The notes: generated from the letters alone by a model not told the origin. DNA of 62,935 nucleotides, filler included, from Rhabdomonas costata (GCA_019059605.1; 51 parts of 51 records of this genome joined end to end with filler, not necessarily neighbours in it); one strand, 5' to 3'; positions 49,446 to 61,653 are shown, numbered from the whole stretch's first letter. Numbers and translations: made by a program.

Positions 49446-49772
49446 TTTTTGTTGTTCATATATAAAATACATGAGTATTGTATATATGAACAACATAAAG
49501 CAATAAAATACGTTTATACATATGGTAAACTTTTACAATTAATTAGCGAATTTAAAAAAAGTCATACTATAGAAAAAAAAGTAAATATAATTATATATAT
49601 ACTAAATGTGATTACTGAAAATAATGGAGTATTTTTGCATGAAAATACAAATTTAGAAAATGTTTTAAGTAAGAAAATAAAAGAATTTATAGTAGATGAT
49701 TACACAGGTAAAATAAAAAAATATATTAAAAATAATTTTTTTCTCAACAAATATATGAATAAAAGTTTTTAA
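49446..49772 (+). CDS. 3' part of AT-rich hypothetical protein, giant-virus-like
   Basis: Intronless K/N/I/Y-rich open frame of over 100 codons in very AT-rich DNA. Confidence 0.7.
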   Translation, partial: FLLFIYKIHEYCIYEQHKAIKYVYTYGKLLQLISEFKKSHTIEKKVNIIIYILNVITENNGVFLHENTNLENVLSKKIKEFIVDDYTGKIKKYIKNNFFLNKYMNKSF

Positions 49773-50004
49773 ATATGTTATATAAATAAGAATTTAATAA
49801 ATGAAATATTTATTTCCACATCTCCGATGTTCTTGTACAATATCATATACAATAAATAGGTAATTTATTAATTAAATTTAAAAGATAATTCATTTAACAT
49901 GATATAATTGTTTATTTATATTCTTTTTATAAAAGAATGTAAATAAAATTAAATATCCATTGTATATATTTTTACTATGAAATAAAATTTATTATAGTAA
50001 ATAT

Positions 50005-50581
50005 ATGCATAATTACTACTACAAATACAAAAAATATCAATTAAAATATAATAAATTATATAATGAACTTATTGGTGGTTACTATGGATATATAGCAACA
50101 ACAAATGGAAATTTTGAACTGGTAAAAAATCCCGAACTTGTAAAAAATCCCGAAGATCCACCCAAAAAATCACTTATAAGACGACTAATAAATTTAATAA
50201 AACCAAAAAAAAAATCTAGTAGTTATGATGTATCTTCTGATGTATATATATGTAAAGAAAATGAACAAATATGTACATTTACAGCTGGTGAAAAAACATT
50301 TATGGATAATGTATTACAAGTTGTAATGCCAAGGATTTTTAATTCTTTATATGGTATGAAATTCACAGAAGTATCAAATTTTGAGTATTTAAATAAAGGA
50401 TCTTATAGTCTTATATATGTATATAATAACAGTAAAATAATTCGTATTGTTCGTAAAGCCAACAAATTATTACATGTACGTGAATTTACAGTAACATGTT
50501 ATATTAAAAAATGGTTGAAAACAGATAAATCACCACATATATATTATTATGATTTTATATTTACCTATTCACAACCAACAC
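50005..50581 (+). CDS. Giant-virus-like protein with N-terminal YKYKKYxLKY...GG motif and start of a kinase-like fold (partial)
   Basis: MHNYYYKYKKYQLKYNKLYNELIGG, an ELVKNP duplication, then YLNKGSYSLIYVYNNSKIIRIV...HVREF resembling kinase subdomains I-III; AT-rich ...ATATATG start. Confidence 0.78.
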
Positions 50582-51218
50582 NNNNNNNNNNNNNNNNNNN
50601 NNNNNNNNNNNNNNNNNNNNNNNNNTTAATTAATTAANNNNNNNNNNNNNNNNNNNNNNNNNNNNNNNNNNNNNNNNNNNNGGGGTTGGGTGTGTTGGGT
50701 GTGCTTGCCCCTGTTGAATACATCCCTTCATCACCATTCTGTCGCACGTACACACATACCCTTCCCATTACATACACTCGTTTTGGTTTCGGCTCTCCTC
50801 CTTCCTCGCCTTTCATTTTTCATCAGATGCCCACCAGTTGACACCACTGTCCCGTTGGCACCGTAATAATTGTGTGCATCCGCTCCCCAGTACCCCTCAC
50901 TGTTGCAGCGTGCCAGAACTTGATCCTGTTTGCCGGCATTTTTTTTTTGTGCCAATTGCTCCTCGTTCCCTCATCAAAGTGTTCTCTGGATAAGTCAGTT
51001 CAACAGATCCATGCCACAGTGGACGAATTGCTCTTTTGGTGCACGCGGTTGCCCAAAGACACCTTGGCTGGTTTGAGGTGATTTGACTATAATCATTGTC
51101 CTTACCGCTCGTGGCGGATCGCAAACCGTTTCGTGACTCCATTTTTTGCCTCCAAGGAATCACGGCTTTCCCTTTCCTCATTACCCGTTACTCACGCGAT
51201 TCCCGAGATTCACAGCCA

Positions 51219-51817
51219 ATGACTTGCACGATCATCAAAGTCCTCGCTCTGTTGCTGCTGAGAAGCTCCTTGCCTCACCTCGGGGTCGCCGCCGGCGTGC
51301 TGCAGGGCTCGGGCTCCACCATGGTCGCCCCTCTGGAGCAGCAGCTGGCGTTCGCCTTCCCTTGGTTCAAAGTGAGCTATACGGGCACGGGCAGTGGTGC
51401 GGGCAAGGCGGCGGTGGCCAGCGGAGACGCCGACTTCGCATGCTCGGAGTCCAGCCTGTCCAGCTCCGAGCAGGCCAGCACGGCGGACATCGTGCAGCTG
51501 CCTCTGTTCGTGATTGGGGTTGCGGTGATCTACAACATCCCTGGGATGACCATCAGCAGCCCCCCGCTGAACCTCACCGCGGAGCTTCTGGTGGGGATCT
51601 ACGCGGAGCGTGTGACACAATGGAACGACCCTCGGATCGTGGCGCTGAATCCAGCGATTGCTGGGCAGCTTCCGAGCATGCCGATCACTCGGTTTGTTCG
51701 GCAGGACTCGAGCGGCACGACCAGCGTGTTCACCAGCGCCCTGAAGGCGTTCAGCTCGAACGGGTACGTGGGCTCGGACTCCACGATGCAATACAGCCTG
51801 CCCCCTGCCCAAACCCC
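51219..51817 (+). CDS. Secreted PstS-like phosphate-binding (PBP2) domain protein (partial)
   Basis: Signal peptide, then LQGSGST, YTGTGSGAGK, DFACSE, QLP, IYNIPG, GIY...WNDPRIVALNP, RQDSSGTTSVFT. Confidence 0.92.
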
Positions 51818-53011
51818 NNNNNNNNNNNNNNNNNNNNNNNNNNNNNNNNNNNNNNNNNNNNTTAATTAATTAANNNNNNNNNNNNNNNNNNNNNNNNNNN
51901 NNNNNNNNNNNNNNNNNGTTGGTGGTGGAGGCGGAGTGGCGGCAGGGCGGGGGCCGAACCCCAGCGGTATGTGTACATTCGTAGACCTCTCTGCTGCTTT
52001 TTTGGGTAGCCGCGTACCCAAGTAGCCCTGAATCCTGTGTCTGAAGTCATTGCTAAGCAGAATTATGATGATCACTTCGTCCAAGGCTTTGGCGCGGCAC
52101 GTGTTCTCGCGGATTCTTCGGAGTATTCTCCTTGGTCACTTACTTTGCCCCAGTGAAGATTTGTGCAGACTTCCCGTTCTCAATGTACCCTCATGTGAAA
52201 TAAGTTTTTTCCTGTTTGCTGAATCTCGAAAAGAAAAAGTATGCGATCTAAGGACCAAGATGTTCGTATTCTTGGCTGCATGCTTTATTTTCTGACCTGC
52301 AGGAAATGTGTCATACATACTTCTGGAGGTCATACGTAGGTGACGCAGGCATACCTTCATTTTGCTAGCTTCTCCAGTGCTGTTCCTCGTCCCACAGGTC
52401 AGCCTCAAGCGGAGGCCGCGGGCACCTGCCCGAGGACCTTCTGCTGTCACCAGCGACCGAGGTGTGCTTCTGAGCCCCAGATTGCGCACCCCACACGCAC
52501 AGGCTTGCCCCAGATTCCCACATTAGAACAAAAAGCTCCGAAATCCTTAGCCTAACCCTCCCACAAACTTTCGTATGTCTTGGGTTTGCTTGGTCTTGAA
52601 ACAAAAATGTATGTTTTTCATGTTCTATATGCAGTTGTGTTGTAATCAAATCCATTGCAGTAGTTGAGCAACCCTCTTTGGTTGATGTCGACAAGGAAGA
52701 AAAAACGACCGACTGAAAGCAATCGTGACAATTTACTGCCTTTCTTTTTCTGGCTTTTTTGATAGGTTGCCCGATGTTGCCAAACGCAATGGTGCCTGTC
52801 ATCAGCTAACCTTGGCAAAAGGACGAAAGCAGTGTGCACCTTTCTCTTTGAATCATCTGTGGTCGGGGGGAACGTTCACCTCCTTGTAACTCAATGTCAA
52901 CCAACACACATATATACCACCACTCACTTGTACTGGGGTCAGCCCCCCCCCTTTCGGCGATGAACCAGTCCAGTACCTTGCGCCGGCCAACAACATCCGG
53001 CGCGCGCGCGC

Positions 53012-53053
53012 GCACACACACACACGCACACACACACACACACACACAACACA
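53012..53053. repeat. (CA)n microsatellite preceded by a (CG)n run
   Basis: Directly visible at the contig end. Confidence 0.9.
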
Positions 53054-53250
53054 NNNNNNNNNNNNNNNNNNNNNNNNNNNNNNNNNNNNNNNNNNNNTTA
53101 ATTAATTAANNNNNNNNNNNNNNNNNNNNNNNNNNNNNNNNNNNNNNNNNNNNTGTGGTTTTTTGACACTGCTGATTCTAAGAACTGCCTCTGCTTTGAA
53201 TTTCTTGAAGAGGGCCACCCACACATAAAAGCGATCTATTGTGTGTGGGG

Positions 53251-53409
53251 ATGTCGTGCGGAAGCGACACGCAGTACCTTGTGCAGCATGGGGTTCCCCG
53301 AATCGTGGACCACATGCTGAGGCAGATGCTGCAGGAAAAGCCTGATGACCCTTTGAAATTTATGAAGGAGTACACGGAGAAACAGCTGAGGGCATCTGAA
53401 AATGGGTGA
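53251..53409 (+). CDS. N-terminal dimerisation/docking (RIIa/Dpy-30-like) domain; first exon or small protein
   Basis: QYLVQHGVPRIVDHMLRQMLQEKPDDPLKFMKEY fits YL-x-x-H-x-V...L-x-EKP-x-DP-x-x-F. Confidence 0.8.
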   Translation: MSCGSDTQYLVQHGVPRIVDHMLRQMLQEKPDDPLKFMKEYTEKQLRASENG

Positions 53410-54163
53410 CGAGTTGTCTGTTTATTCTTGTGTTTTTTTTGGGAGGGTCAATGTAAGCGGGGTATCCATGCAGTAGAACCACTTCTGCTCCGCAGCGTTC
53501 AAGAGAGTCCAATACTATCAGGAAGTCCGGCAATGATTTGCAGCATATTTCCTTCGACATGTCAAATCAGCTGGGTTAAGTGTATTGAAAACGGAGGTGC
53601 TCTATTCTCCTGATACTTCCCAGAGTGAGACTGTTATTTGAGCTCACGCAGGACTGCTAAATTATCGCACTGTGAACCTGCGATTTCCTTTCAGGGGCTC
53701 GGTGGGCGCCAACCAAGCGGTGCGTCTACTCGAGAAAGAGAAAGAGGTGGAGGCTGGGGAATCGTTTGTTTTAGGGATAGTGTGGTTCTTTGGGTGCTTC
53801 GAATTCGCAGCTCGGAAACCCATCGGTAACCGGCTGCGCTGCGTGCGGTCGACGGGCAGGCGGTCGAGGTCTGTGTCCTATGGCGTTATAAGGCACATAA
53901 CTCATATGCCGGCATGCAGTCAGTCCCAAACCCAAACCAAGTGTTGCAGTCTCTGTGCTTGTTTTGGGCAGGCATACGCCAACTTTTGTGATGCATATTG
54001 ATGTGCTCTTGTGCGTTTGGATCAGGGCGGAGGCCTGCAGAGAACGCTGTCCTTTTCGCGGCCATCGCATTTCAGACCTGCACTGGTGCACATCATGACT
54101 GGTTTGTGCGCCCCCCCCCTTCAGGTGAATGGCTCGACCTTTGCTCTTGTCCTCTGTTGTTCA

Positions 54164-54289
54164 TTCAAGACAGTAATTTGTCCGGGTTGCTGATAACCTA
54201 TCCACTGAGTTCGACGTCGCTCGATATATCGAGCGACGTCGAACTCAGTGGATAGGTTATCAGCAACCCGGACAAATTACTGTCTTGAA
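54164..54289. repeat. Perfect 126-bp palindrome at contig end
   Basis: Arms are exact reverse complements around GATA|TATC (54226/54227), with no loop. Confidence 0.93.
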
Positions 54290-56116
54290 NNNNNNNNNNN
54301 NNNNNNNNNNNNNNNNNNNNNNNNNNNNNNNNNTTAATTAATTAANNNNNNNNNNNNNNNNNNNNNNNNNNNNNNNNNNNNNNNNNNNNGCCTTTGTGGG
54401 GGTGGGCTTTTTCGCAATTCCTGCGTGTCTTATGCAGCGGGACATGTTTCTGGAGGAGGGCGTCACGAACAATTCTCCTCCGAAGAGGTGTGCACGCGTC
54501 AATGTGCGCTTTTTCGCAGGAGCGGGTGAGCCGTGATCATATGCTTGAGTATACCAGCTCAGGTTAACAGGAAGAGGGGTGGGTGAGGGTTGTGTGAGAT
54601 ATGCATTGTTTGGTATTAAGTGGTGGGAGGTCGGGAATTGTTGGCTTTGTAGTGAGTAGTACAAACATATGATCACCAGAAAAGAGGTGCTGCTGCCTTC
54701 TCAGATAAATTGTGGAGGGCGGGGTACCTTTTTCGGTGCAGCCTGTCGGTGCGTGCTCGCTCCTGGACTGCCGTTGAGTCTTGCTAAGCGCAGTAGCTAG
54801 ATGCGATTTTGAGGAACGGTATTGAGTCTGGAGAGATTATTCTTAAAGAGGGGCACGTGCTACTGATAGGATGTTACTTGGCTTGCTTGTGTCTCTGATG
54901 AAATTATTGGCACCCGTAGATAGGGCTCGACGATGGGCACCCCGATCTTGGCTTCCTGCTGTTTCTTTCGCAGGATGTGAGGAGGCGCGGTGAGGATTGC
55001 GTAGAGTACACTCCGGAGCAAGCTTCTCTGGCTGCCCTTCGCCGCGAACAGCACTACCAAGCGCAACCCCAGCTGCAACCTGGGGGGCACCACCTCCACC
55101 TCCACCGCCACCGGCAGCACCGCGACCGCCCAAGCACGGTATCCGCCCGAGTTGACATTTGAGCTGAACAAATCCCAGGGGCAATGGGACTCAACGGAGG
55201 AGGGAAACGCGTCATCCCATGCTTCTTTTTCTTTTTTTGGAGTCGAGCGTCAAACCGTCGCCTCCGCTTGCAAAGCGTTCGTCTCGAATGCTGCTCCCCT
55301 GTTTTGTGTGGGTCCAGATCGGATTATTCCAATTCCTTATCTGGGGGCCCTGACACTTGGCTTTTCTTCCATAGTTCTGCTACATCGTGTGCGCAAAGCT
55401 TTTCTTCTGCTTATTCTTCCTCTATTCTTCTTGTCCTGCCGGCTCCTCAGGTAGTCCCCCCAACTACCCAGCACAATCCCCGGCTGTCCCCACCGTGCGC
55501 CGCGGCGCCTCAGGACCCCCACACANNNNNNNNNNNNNNNNNNNNNNNNNNNNNNNNNNNNNNNNNNNNTTAATTAATTAANNNNNNNNNNNNNNNNNNN
55601 NNNNNNNNNNNNNNNNNNNNNNNNNTGTCTTCTTCTTCCTCATTCTACTTCGCCTCGCCCCCTTGCAGCGGTCTGCTTTGTTTGTTAATGGGATGTCATT
55701 GAGCTCCCCTTTGTTCGGCATTACCTTGACTTCCTCTTCCATCCCTTTGCTTTTTGTGTGGCATTGGTGCGGACGAGTGTTGTCCTCCCTCGTTCTGAGG
55801 TGCGCACCTTTTTCTGTTAACTCCAAAGTAATGGCCAATGATGTTGAGATCGGCATTGGAGGGAACATCCCCCCCCCGTTTGAGACAGACGGGCGCATCA
55901 AGGTTGAAGACAGGATTGAGGTTGGTAATTGTCCACCTGCCTCGGTCCCCAAGGGGGACAATACATTGAACAAGATAGCGCGAGGAGTTCCTTTGGGCGC
56001 GGTATGGAAGGGCCTCCCTGCCTCCCATCGGTTTATGTTTGTTCATGCAGTACGCTGTGAGCGCTTGCGTTTTGCATGTGGTCCCACGCCTGAGCCCCAA
56101 CGCGCTTCCCCTGCAG

Positions 56117-56342
56117 GTGCCGGATCGCGGACGCTCTGCTCTCGCGGACCTTCTACACGGAGGCCGTGGTGGTGCTGAGCTCGCGGACTCTGGTGTGCAT
56201 GTTCCCGGCGCTGGCGAGGCCGTCGCTGAGCCCCAGCTTCCTGGAGGTCAGCCTGGACGGCACGTGGTACTCCGCCAACATGGTGCCCTACGCCGTGGTG
56301 GGCCACCCCACGTACATCCGCGCCAGCCCAGACACCCTGCAG
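56117..56342 (+). CDS. Exon of IPT/TIG (Ig-like) domain protein
   Basis: CRI...AVVVLSSRTLVCMFPAL...FLEVSLDGTWYSANMVPY; AG/GT bounded. Confidence 0.72.
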
Positions 56343-57786
56343 GTCACTCACTGGGGTGGGATACATCGCTTGTTTTTTTTGTTTCCGGGGACATTGCTGT
56401 ATCCAGAACATTCCGGCGTCGGGGTCTGTGGATTCCGTGGGAAAATTTGGCACGTCCTTGATAAACTTGTACCTTATTCGGGTTTCAAAATGCTCTCAAA
56501 ATCCGCGCAGCCCGTGCAGCGGGGATTTCAGAGTTTTTTGAGGCGTGACTCGGGGCTCTCAGCATCCTCAGCCTTCCCCACTTTGTGGGAGTGCACTGGG
56601 TCACCATTTTCTATTTGTTGAATAACAGAAAGTGAATCACGCAATACATTAAAGCGTAAATCGGGTTGGTCAAAGAATGTTTTCATTTCAAGAGGCAGAG
56701 GTAAAGAGTCCCGTGGACCGTTCACCAATGTCGGGGTGCGTGCGCGATACCAACCACACANNNNNNNNNNNNNNNNNNNNNNNNNNNNNNNNNNNNNNNN
56801 NNNNTTAATTAATTAANNNNNNNNNNNNNNNNNNNNNNNNNNNNNNNNNNNNNNNNNNNNAGAAGATGGTGCACAAGGAGAGAAGCAGTGATCCGAGGGT
56901 CCCTGGGGACAATAAGGGCGAAAACCCTGGCGCAGGTGCAGGGCCTGACAAGCCCGCATCCCCCGGAGCCACGAGAACCGGAATAATCGTTACTCATGAC
57001 AAAACGGAGATTACCGCCTCGGCGTTCCGTCAAGGGGGTGGGAGCAGAGTGAGACAGCCGCAGCCAGTAAACCGACGATCCAGAATAACCCTGCAATGAC
57101 GGCCGCATCCGCCATCTGACCCGCAAACGTGATATCGGGGCAAGCATCCGGGCTGGGACGCATGTTTAGAGGTGGGCTGACTGGACAGAAGAGCTTGAGA
57201 TCGAGCGGGCTCTGGGAAGGGACGGTGAGCACATGCACAACGGGCCGGATGCAGAGGAATGGTTAGAATGGACGGTGGAGCGCGAGATGGAGAGAACCAC
57301 AGAACCCGGTGTGAGGGCAGTCTGGATCAGGCGAGAATAGGAGCCCCCAATAAGTGGTGAGTGGCAGCGAGAAGCGGATAACCTGCGGTGGGACAGGAGC
57401 AGCTCGCTTCAGCACGACAGAAGGGGAGAATGACAGCGAGAGGTGAGAGACCAGAGAGGGAGTGAGGAAGCAATACGGAGGGCCCACAAGGCACGAAGGG
57501 ATGCCCGGGCAAGTGGAGAGTGGAAAGAAGTGAGGTCCGGATGGCAGCGGGGACAGAGTAAGGTAACCAAGCCCGTCCACCAGGAGAACGGGTCTATGCC
57601 CGGAGTGGGATGGAGGAACCAAACCCACAAGGGCAATAGGGCCCAAGGGGAAGTGTACGAGCGCGCAAGGTTGGGTACCCACAAAGAGATCTCTAAACGC
57701 GCCAATCGGGGTTTCCAAGGCCCCGCGTACACTGTGGATTGGGAGTCACATGAGGTTAGCCAACCCCAAGTGACAAGACAACGGGA

Positions 57787-57880
57787 CAAGGTACCGTGGG
57801 CCGACAAGGTGTGAGGCCCGATGGGCCCATGCCCCATCGAAAGGTAGGAGGAGTCCAGGTGGGAAGTGGACCTCGAGTCC
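57787..57880 (-). repeat. Interspersed repeat segment homologous to 61980-62057
   Basis: The reverse complement aligns with 61980-62057 (GGACTCGAG..CTTCCC.CCTGG.CTCC..ACCTTTCGATG.GGCA.GGGCCCATCGG..GTCGGCCCACGGT). Confidence 0.85.
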
Positions 57881-59659
57881 TCCCCAGAAAAAAATCATCC
57901 TTGCCAAATGCACCAAGTTTGTGTGTATGTACGAGGACACTAGCCTGTGATTTCAGACATTGTGAAGAACTGCTAGTGTCCTCGTACAACCACACCNNNN
58001 NNNNNNNNNNNNNNNNNNNNNNNNNNNNNNNNNNNNNNNNTTAATTAATTAANNNNNNNNNNNNNNNNNNNNNNNNNNNNNNNNNNNNNNNNNNNNGAAG
58101 GAAGGAAGTCAAAGAAGAAACCCAGAACACAGATCGACAAGATTGACACTGTTCATCTACGTCTAAACAAACAAGAGCAGTTATTCGCTTTTTGTTTCTG
58201 CTCAAGAAGTTGCTCTAGTCATTTTTTCTGTTTTTTTTTTTCGTGGTACCAGGTGGGACGTTTGCGCCCCTGCAGGACTTCCACACTTCTCCTGCCTTTC
58301 CGGTGGTTCCTTTACCTGCGACACTCGTAAGGGTTGTCAGGGGATTCCCTCATGTCCCGCGTCCTCCAGCGCCTGCGCGGGTCCCTGAACCACCGCCTCA
58401 TACCGGTGCGAGCATACCCACACGGTGCGCGTGACTAAGGACAAAGCGAAACGGAAGAAAAAGCACGTGTGACGCCAGTCAGTATCCAGGCTTGCCTGCA
58501 AGGGATCAGCGGATAGGTTCACCTTTCCATCTTGCGGGCGACTATATGTATACAGTGCAGTTTACTGGTGTGAGCAAGAGCGAGACCCACTGTGCTTGGT
58601 TCTAGCAAAGCGGGATTTTGACACCCTTTGACCACTTACTTATCTCAATGCCTCGGGGACGATGGGGGTGGTTCGAGTACAGCCGCCGGTGGAGATTCTG
58701 TGCAGGATTTGCCCACAGTTGCACTCCTTTGAGTGCTTCTATCAATCAGACCGAACGCTGAATCTAAATGCTCTCTGTCATTTTGCCTGAAAAAATTAGC
58801 GTCAGCTCGGAGTTTACACGGCTCTACTCTTCTCAGGGCTTCTTCGTCCCGCGCCTGCTGCCCTGCTGCCTCCTGCCCCAGTTCCGTCGGTGCCGTCACC
58901 GGCACCCACCCAGCTGTCCACAGGGGCCTTGGCAGCCGCCCTGTCCTTCCTGCCACAGTCAGAATGACGGCCAGGTGCACTGCCCCCCCCCCCCTGCGCT
59001 CCTTTGGCTGTGAGTGGCCCCAGTCTAATATTAGCAGGCCCACGAAAACTTTTCGACAATGCATTGCTCATTTTGTATTTTTTGCTGGTGGGTCGCCATG
59101 CAAAATCGGGAAATGAACAATACTTTTAACTGTTTTGGTCTCCTCACCGAAACCCTTTGTTTCACCTTTGCGCATGGTATTGCTGAAAACTCGGTTTCAG
59201 CTCCTCTCCACTGTTGTATACACAAACACAANNNNNNNNNNNNNNNNNNNNNNNNNNNNNNNNNNNNNNNNNNNNTTAATTAATTAANNNNNNNNNNNNN
59301 NNNNNNNNNNNNNNNNNNNNNNNNNNNNNNNGTTGGGGGTGCATGTCACCTTTCGGCTGTACTGCTTTGCAAGGAAGAGGCCGAAATTGCTCCGTTTTTT
59401 TCCTGGCCTTTTGGGGGGGGGGCCATTTCAGTCATTTTTGCAATTCCGCAATTTGCAATACCGTCTCTTCCCTTCTTCCTTCTGTGCTGTCATTTTTGGT
59501 GCACAGGTGATTGACCCCGTGGGGCAGCTGTCTGGCAGCTACAGCCTGCTCGTTCCATGGGAGGCAATTGAGGAGACAGAGTTTTTTGTTCTGTCTTGAA
59601 GGTTTTGGTTATAAATGAATATAAACGACCACACACATACACACACAGAGACGCAAAGC

Positions 59660-60320
59660 ATGGAGCATCCAGGGAGAACAGAGACGCAGAGCAGGAGAGG
59701 CCAACGGCAGGAAAGAGACCCCCGACACTCCCAGGGGCGAGACGTGGAAGCCGCAGCCGAAAGCAGGAGGAAGACGAGCACGTGTGCCCCAGGAGTGCGA
59801 TGCTGGCACGGAATATCATGCAAGTTCCAACGGTGTCCCTTTGTGCACCCGAGGGAGGAGCACCTAGAACAGACCCGCGCAGAGACGGACCCAGTGCGCA
59901 GAACTAAAAGCGTACCATCGAGCATCGCAAGAAAACAAACCCCTTATGCTAGGGTCAACGGGAAGCCAAAGTACTCGCAGACGCACCAGGACAAGGAGTC
60001 AGTGAGGCAACCTCGAGGTACCGGAGGCTCAGCGGAAGAGGGCAGGAATAGCCCGCAACGCAACGATAGAGTGAGGTGCTAGCAAGGCGACGCCTGTAGA
60101 CCGGTGCTGCCCGTTCACCCATCCGAAAGAAAAGCCCCATGGGGCGTTCCCGCGAGAAAAGGCCCCAGCCCCGCAAGGAAGGAGTGTGGAGTCGCAGAGA
60201 CCTGAGCCGCAATGGAGCAATGCAGGTAGCCGCTGGAAAAGAGCAGCTGCGCGACAAAGGCCCGGGACCCGTGGGACTGAAGGGAGGTTACGTTCGGCGG
60301 TGAGCCGGTTTCGGTTCCCC
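59660..60320 (+). pseudogene. Degenerate purine-rich ORF with two CCCH zinc fingers, possibly retroelement ORF1/Gag
   Basis: RCWHGISCKFQRCPFVHP (59801-59848) and a second copy RC*QGDACR/RCCPFTHP (60077-60122) with TAG and a frameshift. Confidence 0.55.
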
Positions 60321-61061
60321 ACGGCACCGTTCGCTCCAACGGCACCGCTCGCGAGCACCCGTGGCCAACAGCGCGTGCGCCAGTTAGTCCACAGTGGTCG
60401 CCAACAAACACCAGTCAACCAGTCAACCAGGCAACATCCAGCGCGCAATGCGCCCAACACACACAGNNNNNNNNNNNNNNNNNNNNNNNNNNNNNNNNNN
60501 NNNNNNNNNNTTAATTAATTAANNNNNNNNNNNNNNNNNNNNNNNNNNNNNNNNNNNNNNNNNNNNGTGTGTGGGTGACGTGCACACAAAAGTATTTCGG
60601 GACAAGGTAACCTCACTCGCTCGCTACTATTTTTCCGCAAAGTGATCAACCAGAAAGGTTTTGTCTCCTCTTTGCTTGCACATCATCTTCGTTTGTCATC
60701 TTTACCTTGCGACTGTTTCAGCTCTTTCGGAGCGTCTTATCATCACGCCTGTGTGGAGCGAAACTGGTGCTGGCGCAGTGCGGTACAGCAAGTTTCAGCA
60801 GAACCTGTGAGTTTAAGAAACCTGTCACCAGTGGTGGTGGTGTCGCCCTCCGCTTCGTTCTGCTTATCCTTTGTGCAAGTTCCGGGGTGAGGGCAAGAGT
60901 ACGATTGTCATTCACCTCCAGTTAAGATCAGCATAGGAAGCGATTTCCTTTTCGTCAGGAGCAACTAAACAAGCGAATCCCCTTTCGAACCCCGTTGGCT
61001 GTCAGCACTTGTTCGTTCTTTCTGAGGTGTTTTCACCCCTTGTTCTCGGGATGGGCAAAAG

Positions 61062-61653
61062 GATGGTACGGAGGGCCCCCTGCTGAACCTCGCCGTGCAC
61101 CACGACCATGGCCACGTTGTGTCATTCCTGTTTGAGCAGCTGAAGAACGCCTGCGGGGGATCCGCTAAAGCCGCCTCGGAGAAAAGCCTGTGCACCTTCT
61201 TCGCCTTCCAGGAGGGCCGTCACCGGATGGTTTGTGTATCTGTGTAACACGGTCGTCTGCAGAACTTGTACTTGATGTACAGAACAACACACCCCACACC
61301 AGAAAGGCTTGGCGGTGGAAAGTCACCGCGGAATGCTCTTTATCGGAATATTTTGGCATTTCTCTTTCAAAAGAGATTCAGTTTATGATTGGAAGGTTCA
61401 CCCGTTTCTGATAGAGTTTGGGATGGTACTAACCCAAACAAAAAAATGCCATAAAACAGGTGGAGCATCTGCTTGCGATGGGCGCGAACACCAACCTCAA
61501 ACGCCCCTCCGATGGCAACACCCTTCTGCACCTCTGCTGTGACCGCCGCAAGCCGCTAGTGCGGCTGGCCCGGGCGGTGCTGCAGGCCAAGGGCTGCGAC
61601 CCCAACATCCCCAACGCCAACGGCGACATGCCCGTGCACCTTCTCGCAATGAA
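61062..61653 (+). CDS. Ankyrin-repeat protein; exons 61062-61229 and 61460-61653
   Basis: PLLNLAVHHDHGHVVSFLF...|VEHLLAMGANTN...DGNTLLHLCC...GCDPNIPNANGDMPVHL; phase-0 GT-AG intron. Confidence 0.88.

Noticed and set aside
52060-52462. Possible three-exon chain NYDDHFVQGFGA|EMCHTYFWR|SASSGGRGHLPEDLLLSPATE with another GCACG donor
   Set aside because: Several alternative phase solutions fit equally well
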